Assembly (NCBI GenBank): GCA_964016885.1
Contig: OZ024744.1
Coordinates: 37,076,001 to 37,140,000 of the forward strand
Source of the DNA: Eledone cirrhosa
Lineage: Eukaryota
DNA length: 64,000 bases
Reading direction: 5' to 3'
Each line of letters begins with the position of its first letter. Position 1 is the stretch's first letter. A program made the translations under genes and the position numbers. Under the pieces are notes generated by a model. The model had not been told where the DNA came from. It made no database searches and saw only the letters and a list, made by a program, of their open reading frames with translations. Shown in pieces: positions 49,701-60,500 of this stretch.

Positions 49701-52566
49701 ACCTACGCGTTTTATCTAGGTAGACCATACAGATCACAAATTTGTGATCTGAATAGGCGACCATTTTAAAAAGTGGACAGCCCACACTATTTCTATCTAT
49801 TTTCCTAATGAAGATCCTGTCTATATACGATCTAGATGACCCCATTCGGTTGGTCCATGTCCATACTGGCACATTGGGGAAATCTAGTCGATACCTGTCA
49901 GACAGTTGGAACTGGCTGAGTAGGTGCTTGAGGCTTTTGCATCCCCCGCTCTTATCGGCTACTTCCACACAATCCCAGCGTGCGTCTAAGATGCCATTCC
50001 AGTCTCCCGCTAACAGTAACGGGCGAGACGTACCCAGAAAGGTCTCCAGGCGCCTGAAGAAGCCGGTTGTCCGGACCATGAAGGGGCGTAGACGGCCAGT
50101 AGTCTAAAGGCACCACCTTCGCTACTGCTCACATCCAAGACCACCAACTTACCGTCCGGGTCCCGGAACATCGACCTTACCTCGAGATTCAGTCCTTTGC
50201 TAAACAGCACTGCCACCCCACCCCCCCATTCCCGGACTGCTAACAGATGCGAAGATCTGATAGTCGTCGAAAATGGGGGCTAGTGTGCGCGTGTCGGAAA
50301 TTCTGGTCTCGCTGACGGCAATCACATCCATTTCAAGCGACCTGAGGTCGTTGAGCAGGCGACCCTGCTTCCAGGGTGACCCCAGGCCGCGAACATTTAA
50401 ACTTCCTACTCTTAATATGGCCATATTGGTGAGCTAAGAGAGAGAGGGAAGGTTTACTTACCTCCCGGGGTCTTGTGAAGGTCGGGTGGTTCGACCTCCA
50501 TGGTTGGTGGGGTTTCATTTGGGAACCCCTTTAAAAGTCTTGATGTGGGTTTCACATTCGGGGTTCCCACGTCTTGAGGAAAGCTCTCTTGAATTTCTTT
50601 GAAGGAATTGAGTGACATTCGGACCAGAAGCAAATCTTCTGGCACGCAAAATGTGCTCAATTCAAAAATCTCCTCCTCTGTTTGAATGTCCTCGCTTCGT
50701 GCTAAGAGCGCCATCAGTTTATCGTTGGCCCTTCTGACAAGCACGAAGTTTTTAACATTTTGTTGGTGTGGTTTTATTTGTTTTCGTTTTGGTGACTGTG
50801 GTGGTGATGGTTTTGGTGGTGTTGTTTCGGGTATGTCTGTGTTTGTTGTAGGTGTGGTGTCTTCAATTTCAGGTATTTGTGTTTTTTTTTGTACTTGTGT
50901 TTGTTTAGGTTGTTTGCGTTTCGGGGATTGTGGAGGTGGTGTCGATGTTGCTGATGGTGCTGATGTTATTGGGGAAGTGTTTGCGTTAGTGGTGTCTGTA
51001 TTTCTTGTTGTGTATGTTTTTGTGTTTTGTTGGGGCTTTTTTTTTTTGTGAGTTTTCTCTGTTTTTTGCACTTTTGGGTTTTCCTTCATCTTCGCTGCTG
51101 GAAGACAAAGGGTCTGTGGCTGTGAGTGTCTCTGTGTCTGTGTGTGCGTTTATTGTTTTGTCTATGAGTATAATTGGGTGGGGGGCTGTTAGAGCTTTCC
51201 TCGTTTTCCCCTTGGATTGGTTTTGGTGTTGGTGGTGATCCGGCTGTTTTTGATGTTGGTGTCCGTGTTTTTGTTGGTGTTGATTTTGGTGGTGGTGGTG
51301 GTGGTGCAGCTTTCCGAGCTGACACTGGCGTTGGCAACAAAGGAGGTTTGCGACGCCCTGCAGTTTTGCGCTGAGGCCAGAAGGCTTGCAGATGCCTTGC
51401 TTCCCCGCAGACGAAGCAGCGTGGCCTTCTTCCGTCAATGATTAGTTGGATTGTTGTCCCGTCCTGCAGGCGGGAAAAATCCGGGATGTTGTTCAGGTCC
51501 TCCGGTTTCATTTGCAGAAGAATCTCCAAATCCATTCCGGACCAGTCCTCTCTCTCTGTCCTTTTGATATCCTGGAGGGTAGTGTCTGTCCCCTCCTCGA
51601 TTACGCATCCCAGCAGCCACCATATGTTCATTCCTGGTGGGATGCTGGGAATGCGTACTTTACTGTCCTTTTACCCATGTAGGACAGATGCATGATAATG
51701 CGTTCTGTTCTGCAGGGCGTCACCGAGTGCTTAATAGCGAGGGCCTCGCTTTTGAACAGTACCGAGATGGTACCGAACTGTTTGGCTCTTGCTTTATACT
51801 CTATGTCACTTCCGATGCACTCCAAAGCAGCCTCGACCTCTGCTTGGCTGGCAAGTTCCACTTTTCGTGTCTGCACCGAAATGCATCGAAAGAACACCGT
51901 CCTCCTTTGCATGGCCGCTATTGCCTCGTCCGGGATGGTCAGGTTTGCCCAGGACTTCTCCCGTTTAATTAGCCTCCACGCTTGTGCCAACTGTTCGTCT
52001 TTATCGCTAATATCAATATCAATATTCAATAAGCGCTTTGTTTTTGCTGCTGCTGCAGCAAATGTGGTGTTTCTGATGCTATTATTGTTGGTGTTGTCAT
52101 TCTTGCTGTTGTTATTGGTGTTGTTGTTGTTGTTGTGGTGGTGGTGGTGGTGATGTCGTTTTCAGATGATACTGCTGCTATCACAGAAGGTTGTGATGGT
52201 AGCTTTTTAGTTTTGCTTTCACATTCAGTAGAGTGGATGACAGGCATGACTGTAGCCGTCGTAGTCGTGGTGAAATCTGCAGTGGCTGCCTTTAAACTTT
52301 TGACCTGAACGTTGTTTACCGTTTCAAGGTCGAACATTTCCATAATTTTTTTGGTGGGGAAGCGATTTTTTTCGAAGTTTTTAAAAATAAATCTGAATAT
52401 TCGGGCTTAAAGCCCGGATATTGAGAGGTATCACTCTCTTTAAATCAAGATGTGTACCTTAAGTTTCGTTAACGACAAGAAAATACAAAAAATGACACTT
52501 TAAAACAGCTTAAAGTTACGAACCTTTTCCACCGCAGATTTGTACTGTCTTCACACATGTGCGGTC
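46711..52566 (-). mobile_element. Tx1 copy T6 (family C), full length: ORF1 52343-50454, ORF2 50424-46993, frameshifted
   Basis: Colinear with and closely similar to T5 over its whole length, including both UTRs. Confidence 0.93.
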
Positions 52567-52630
<64 letters not shown>

Positions 52631-52647
52631 GGGAATAATAATGATAA
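52567..52647 (+). repeat. (AAT)n spacer 8 (head-to-head junction T6/D4)
   Basis: Direct; interrupted by GGG at 52631-52633. Confidence 0.95.
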
Positions 52648-55600
52648 GGGAAGAAGTAGCACGTGGTGGATAGAATGGTATGAAATCGCTCCCGTAAGTT
52701 TTTGATTTTTAACATATTTAAAACAATTGTGATATAACAATTCTTAGTACAAATGTTACATAAAGCACCAAACGCAACTCTCAGATAATTCGGATCCATA
52801 ATATCCTGTTATATCGCTCAAATATTCAATTTTGTATTATAAATTTTATATTCCAAAAAGAAAATGGTTATAAATGGAAGAACAGCCAAATAACAGCAAT
52901 TTCACCAACACCACAAACTAGATACACCACCTATCCAATCACCACTCTGTGTACACTAAATACAACAGCCATATAACGGCAATTTCACCACCACCACCAC
53001 CAATCCCAGCATAATAATAATAACTACTATTATTGTATCTCAAGTTTTCTCAAAATGTTTAATTCAAATATTAAGAAAATATGTCAACACATATATTAAA
53101 CATGCACGACAAACCGCATAGATACACAGATCAAACAAACGCATACTACTACAGTCTATTCAACAGCACTCAGTAACGACAACGCCATCACTATAGTCAA
53201 CCACGCCACCACTCTATCATTGCTACCACTATCACATCAACGCCGCCACCACTCCTTCATTGCTACCACCACTATTCCCCCACTACCTTCTGTTAACTTA
53301 AGAAAGGGGAAGGTGGCGGTATCATGAGACAAGGGAGAGGCTAGCAAAAGATATAAATAGACTGTCTTAGTGACTCGGTCAAACGCCAAAGACTATGACA
53401 CTGCTGGCTCCCCCCTTCCCACCAACAATAGAAAAAGCCCCAACACCACCACCGACATAGCCAACAACAATAACAGGCAACCTCAGCAAAAAGTATATTA
53501 TATTATTAATAATAATTTCATTCTTAAGCCACGCAATGCTCACATTAAGGAACCACTCATGATAATAACAATTTAAAAAACAACAAAAAAGAAAACACCG
53601 TGACCAAGAAATACCGGGATGGCGGCCAGCGGGGAATAGCCGTGTCTCTAGGGGAGGACGACTCATCTAGTCTTGGTTGACACTCGTCCTAGAAGTGGTA
53701 ACACGAAATGATTACCCCTTGGGGGTTAAGGATAAAACGCGAGAAAATAAAGTAAATGTCAAATGATAAAATCTCATATCGGATCGGCCGTCACCCGGGT
53801 CAAAATGGCCGCGTCCCTCAGAGAGGAACCAGTCTGGGTTCGAAAAATCAGCTAATGGTTCAAACCTTCCCATCACTTCGGAGCTGGAGACCTCCCATAT
53901 CCGGAATACTTCTAATGTTGGCCCTCCATGCTCACCACCAAGAAATCCAAAGAAAAAGAGAGGAAAATGGTCAAAGGAAGATAATAAAGAAGTCCCTGAT
54001 GCTTTCTACACTGCCATGTACTACCCATCAAATATATCGAATACAGAACAGACATATATCAACTGGAAAAATAAACATCCCGAAAACAGAGGCTATATTG
54101 ACAGTAACAAACTAGCCAATATACGAAGAAATATTGTAAAAAAAAAGTTACTAAATGATATAGAAATTGATCAGTTCAAGCTAGTAGCACAAAGTCAGCG
54201 AAGGGAAAATGAAACATGTGTCAGTGAAAACGAGGTAAATTGTAACACTTCGAATCCCAGGGTTGGGACGGAATCACTGACAACAGAACAAATTAAAGAA
54301 AGGATCGAAAAAGTGGAGGGAGTGCATGCTCAAGATGAAACTGAAAATGAAAACAATGAAATCGTAAATGATAAAGAAATGAATGAGAATGAACTTGCCA
54401 ACTTGAAGGATGAAATTATGATCGAATGGATGAAAATGAAAGAATCTGACATGGGGGTACGAGATAACCTCTCTAAGATCCAGAACTCTAAACAGAACCA
54501 AAAGATAATACACAAGACTAACATAATTCTCAAAAACATTATCATCACAAACAAACTAAAAATTACTGATTTAAATCATCTCTATTATTCATCGGCTAAA
54601 GTCACCACTCATTTATGTAGAGTGAAAATGAAAAAACAGAGGAATTCCCACAAGAATTCTACTTGGCAAGAGAACATCAATCGCCAAATAAACCTTCTCC
54701 GATCTGACATAGAAATTTTAACAAACTACAAAGTAGGTGAACATGTTAAACAAACTAAACTTAGAAAATTGAAAAGAAAGTACAGTATAAAATCAACAAG
54801 TGACATAGACATGCTAATAGAAATAATCAAGCAAAAAGTGTCGGCCAAAGCTGCTCGTATAAGGCACTTTGAAAAACGATCTAGATTCTATAAGGACAAT
54901 AATATGTTCAAAAACAACCAAAGAAACTTCTACAGAAAAATTGGCAAGTCAACAAAAATTGCTAAATCAATACCACCCAAGGAGGGAGTGAAAGAATTCT
55001 GTGAAAAGATCTGGGCCGAAGAAAAAGTTCATAATATACATGCCCCATGGATAGACAGACAAATGAAAGATACAGCTTACCTTGAGGAACAAATATGGGA
55101 AAATATAACAGTTGAAGAGTTGCGTTTGGCTCTTAGAAAAATCAGCAAATGGAAATCCCCAGGAAAAGACAAAATACAAAATTTTTGGATAAATGATTTC
55201 ACAGAGTCTCATGAGCTGTTAGCCCAAATTTACAATGAAATAGTTAAGGAGCCAGAAAAGATACCATCATGGCTAGTTAACGGCATTACATTCCTACTTC
55301 CGAAGAATGATGAGACAAACAATCCCCAAAATTACAGACCGATAACTTGCTTGACAACAATGTATAAAATTTTAACATCAGTCCTAACTGAATATACATA
55401 TAACAAATGATCTATTTCCCAATGACCAGAAAGGGTGTAAACGAGGCTCATATGTCTGTAAGGATCAGCTTTGGGTTAACAAAATGATACTGGAAGATTG
55501 TCATAATAGACACAAAAATCTATCAATTGCTTGGATAGATTATAAAAAAGCATTCGATAGTTTGCCACACAGTTGGATTGAAAAATACTTAGAGATTTTC

Positions 55601-57523
55601 AAAATATCTCCCGCTGTCAGGAGGTTCTTGTCATTCAGTATGAAGACATGGAAAACGACACTCCTTTTGAATAGTGAAAAGGAATCACTGGAACCTGGAC
55701 AAGTTAATATTAATTGTGGAATTTTTCAGCGTGACTCTTTATCACCGCTTTTATTCTGCATCGCACTTATACCATTAAGTAAAATGCTCAATGAAACAAA
55801 ACCATTAATCACTTGTCTATGACAAAACCATTAATCACGTGTTCTACATGGATGACCTGAAACTATTTGCAAAAAATGATGAACAATTGCAAGGGCTATT
55901 ATCCACTGTTGAGCAGTTCAGTGATGACATTAAACTGGAGTTTGGACTAGATAAATGCGCCAAAGCACCGTTAACCAGAGGAAAGCTGCTGAAAAGTTCA
56001 GACATTAATCTTGATCGGGGGAATGTGATAAGAGAACTTGATCAAGAGGAAACTTACAAATATCTAGGTGTTTGTGAAGGAGACGGAATCAAGCACTCGA
56101 CAATGAGGGAAAGGATAAGGAAGGAATGTTACTGCAGAGTAAGAGCAATCTTAAGAACGGAATTGAATGCAAGGAATAGGATCGATGCCATAAACACGCT
56201 TGCCATACCAGTAGTAACCTACAGTTACAATGTCATCAACTGGTCAAGCACAGAGATCCATAGGCTCGATACAAAAATTCGAAAATTCTTAACCATGCAC
56301 AGAATGCATCACCCTAAGGCAAATACAGATAGAATATATCTCCCTAGGAAAGAAGGAGGACATGGGTTAATCCAGTTAGATATTGCGTTGAAAACTGCAA
56401 CAATTGGATTATCTACATATCTAAGAGAATCACCTGATTGGATGACCAAACTCGTTTTGAAACACGAAAGCATCAAAAGATCATATTCCATTACAAAAGA
56501 TGCACAAAGATACAGTAATGAACTACAAATTTCAGAAGTCCCATTTACTGCTGAAATGGAAAACACAGAAAAAGCAAAGCAGGTAAAAGTAACTGCAAAG
56601 AAAGAACTGCTACAGAAACTGGCTAAGAAATGTCAAGAAAAGCCTCTGTATGTGAAATACCCAGAACGAGCTAACAATTCTGATGCTGACAAAACTTTAA
56701 CCTCTGGACTGAAATCGGAGACTGAAGGACTGATTATATCAGCACAATATCAGTGTCTGCCAACAAAAAATTTCCAAGCCAGCATAATAAAAAATGGATG
56801 CAGCCCATTATGCCGTGTATGTAAAAAACAACCAGAGACCATTGACCATATAATTTCAATGTGCAGTCCTATAGCTCCAACCGAAAACCTAAACAGGCAT
56901 GACAGAGCTGCACAATACATACATTGGATAATGTGTAAGCATTTTGACCTGTCCCATCAAAAGAATTGGTGGGAGCATCAACAACCTCCCATACTTGAAA
57001 AAGATCACATCTCAATCTTGTGGAACTTTAGCATCCAAACAGACCGAAAAATAGATGCAAATAGACCTGATATAATACTGAAGGACTTTAAAAAGAGGGT
57101 ATGCCTGCTAATTGATATGTCCGTTCCAATAGACAAGAATGTATCTATAAAAACATTTGAAAAATTGATAAGTATAAGGACCTGGAGATAGAAATTGGAA
57201 AAATGTGGAAATTGAGAACTAAAACAATACCAGTGGTTGTAGGCGCTCTAGGAATGATACCTAAGGGGTCTAATGATTACTTATCCCAAATCCCAGGAAA
57301 CCCGCGTATAGGAGAAATACAAAAGATAGTACTAATGGGAACTGCCCATCTACTAAGGAAGATTCTGTCAATATAAGTACATCACAAGTCAAAACACCTA
57401 AAGATGCATGTGTGTGTATGTATATTCTTTCTTGAACATGGCGGAACTTGTTGTCTCTTGAGGTCACTGGTTGTAACTTGGTGATAACTCGTATGAACAT
57501 AAAGCAAGATAAATGCAACTGTT
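52648..57523 (+). mobile_element. R4/Dong-clade copy D4, a second divergent AT-rich family; ORF ~53756-57376 degenerate
   Basis: KSPGKD, NYRPITCL, WIDYKKAFDSLPH, GIFQRDSLSPLLF, FYMDDLKL, YKYLG, CRVC...ETIDHIISMC, RHD, NRPDII, IDMSVP. Confidence 0.9.
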
Positions 57524-57546
57524 ATAATAATAAAAATAATAATAAT
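57524..57546 (+). repeat. (AAT)n spacer 9 (tail-to-tail junction D4/T7)
   Basis: Direct; short and imperfect. Confidence 0.85.
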
Positions 57547-60500
57547 GATTTAATTTATTGGCCACAAGGGCCGACATATAGGGGACAATACAAAAGACTG
57601 GGACATTGGGGTTTTACAAAAAAATCGAGTAAACAATATGAATCACAATAACAAAGTAACAAGAAAATTACAAGAAAAAATTCCCCAATATGGGGGGGGA
57701 TGACCACCCAGGGTTCGCTCAAGTACCCCACCAATCCTGAACGACCTGACGCTTCGAGAGCAACCCCTCTCCTCCTCAAATTTACCTACCTACAGCCGCA
57801 TGACCAGAGTAGGCCCACTCACACGGGCCATTCTCGCCACATTCACCCACCTTTCAGTAAATGTACTGGGGGGCAGCACTTCTCTCTCTACCCTCACCTT
57901 CCTTTCCAAGTGAAACTTGAAAAAGTTGATGAGGGATTGGCCGAAGAGAAAAGTGTCTGTCTTCAGTCCTTTCAACCTGGTCCACCATACAACCTCTTTC
58001 GCTACTGCCACCAGACAGAGAAAAATTGTCTACCCTTCCTGACCAAAAGAAGGCGGCGGGTCGACCTTCTCTATGGACTCGGCCGATAGCTGGATCCGTT
58101 CTACACGCGACAACAGCTGTTCAACATAACTCCACAAGTCAGTAATGCACGGACACTGGACGTGTGCGTGCAGAACGGTTTCGTCGCTCTGCGCGCATCT
58201 CGGGCAGGTCCGTCTGACAGCAATTCCGTGCCTGTAGAGTTTATCTCGAACCGGCAGTGCGCCCTGGTAACACTGCCAAGCGAGGGATTTTGGGAAATGA
58301 TTCATCGTCCCCGCCTCGAAAGACTTCCGGTACAGTCTGGTTAGTTCGACTTCATTGACTCCCAGAGCCTCTCCGAGTGCGTCGTCGCACTTGCCCACCA
58401 ATAATCCTCTATAGAACTCGAGAGTGGAAGTTCCATTGACCGCATTGCCCGCCTGGTAGAGGGCAGTTAGGGCCTGGCAACATTCCAGATGCCAGTCACT
58501 CAGTCTCGGTCTCTTCTTGACCCAGGACTGCAGCTGAGTCAAAGAAACGAGCTGCGGAAATGTCAGTCTGACAAACGGCGACCACCGTTCACCGTTTAGG
58601 CAGAATATCTGGAGATGCCGCAGCCTCAGCGCGTGCCTGCGCATTAGTAGCCACGGCATGCCCAGCCCTCCACGTAGAGGGTGCTGGCAGTAGATGGACC
58701 GCCTCCCTAGCGGAACCTGACCCCTCCACAAGAATTTGAAGAGGAGCCGCTCCAAGATAGCGAGGCGCGAACGGGGGCAAGGGACGACGGTCAGACGGTA
58801 ATAGATGACGAACACGATGTACGCGTTCGCCACTTCCGCTTGACCTTTCAGTGATAGCTTCATCTCAGCCCATTTCTGGGTGAGACTGGCTACCCTGCCC
58901 GTCACATCGTCCCAATTCTTATCCACCTAGAGGTCTGGCCCGAACCAAATCCCTAGCAACTTTACCGGTCCGTCCGTCCAGTGCCTAACGACGCTGTTGG
59001 ACGGCATGGACTTGCCTCTCCAGGTGCCGAGTTGCAAGCCCACCGACTTTTCCGGGTTAAGTTTTGCTCCCGTCAACCTTTCATATTCCTCCAATAAGTT
59101 GCCGACCACCTCGGTTTCTGAGGTTTCCGACACCATCACGGTGATGTCGTCCGCATAAGCCGACACAGCCTTTCCGCGTCCCGGTTCGAGCGGGATGCCC
59201 TGCAACAGCTCCAACTTCCGTAGTAAGTGCTCGAGAGTCAATACGTACAGAAGGGAGGCATGAGGGCACCCTTGACGGACCGATCGGGAGACCTGAAACG
59301 GTTCCGAGAGGTGGCCATTAATTTTGACCATCGAGCAGGTGCCGCTGTGCATTGCAGCGATCCAGCTTCTGAAGACAGGGGCGAAGCCAGCCGTCTTGAG
59401 GACAGTCTCCAGGTACCGATGGTCGAACCTATCGAATGCTTTCGATTGATTTAAATTGATCAGAGCCCCACCGATGCCAGGTTTACACCCTACCCTCTCT
59501 ATGATGCATCGCATTAGGTGGAGGTTGTCGTGTATGGACCTGGTTCGGATTGCGCAAGTTTGCGCCTCCCCAACCAAATCCCCGACGACACGCCAACCTC
59601 TTCTCTAACACCCTCGCCAAAATCTTAAACTCTGTTTTGAGCAGAGTTATGGGCCTGAAATTGTCTAATGTGTCCCTCTTGTTCTCGTCTTATCAACGTC
59701 TCTATGCCCCGGCTCACGGAACTGGGAATACTCCCGTTTTGCTGCCGGTTGCAGTAGAGGGCTTCGAGGAGATTGGAGAACAAGTCTGGCATATTTACGT
59801 AAAGCTCGTAGGGCAGACCATCCAAACCGGGTGACTTGCGCCTCATGCAGCCGACAAGGGCATCCTGAATCTCGGCTGAAGTAATTGGCCTTTCGCAGCG
59901 CCCAGCGTCAGCCGTCGAGAGTTGCGGCAAGCCATCGAGGTAGGGACTGAAATCCTCCACCATCTCTGACCCGCCACTTCCCCCGATAAACCGAGCAAAA
60001 TGTTGGCGAAAGGCATCACACATCCTCTTGGAATCGCTGAGCTCGTGTCCGTCGCGGTCCGTCATAGACCGAATCGTGGTTTTATTACCACGTTGCGCCT
60101 CTGCCACGAACAGCTTTGGTTTCCTCGTTTCTCAGAGCACGTGCCTTAGCTCTGACTAATAGATTACCCACGCGCCTTAGCTCTGACATAGATTACCCTA
60201 TGCGGGTAGCCCAGGTCCACACTGGCGCATTAGGGAAATCTAATCGGTACCTGTCAGACAGTTGGAACTGGCTCATCAGGTTCATCAGGTTCTTGAGGCT
60301 TTTGCACCCTCCTATCGGATGCTCCCACACAGTCCCAGCGTGCGTCTAAAATGCCGTTCCAGTCCCCTGCTAACAGTAAAGAGCGAGACGTGCCCAGAAA
60401 GTCTTCCAGGCGTCTAAAGAAGTCCGGCCGTCCTTCCCCAGTAGGAGCATAGACGGCCACCAGTCTAAAGGCACCACCTTCGTTATTGTTCACGTCCAGG

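Noticed and set aside
30225-53400. Segmental duplication of the unit T5 + Dong leader to give T6 + D4 leader
   Set aside because: T5 and T6 look clearly more similar to each other than the two leaders do, their 3' neighbours differ, and D3 also carries leader sequence. Independent insertions fit better.
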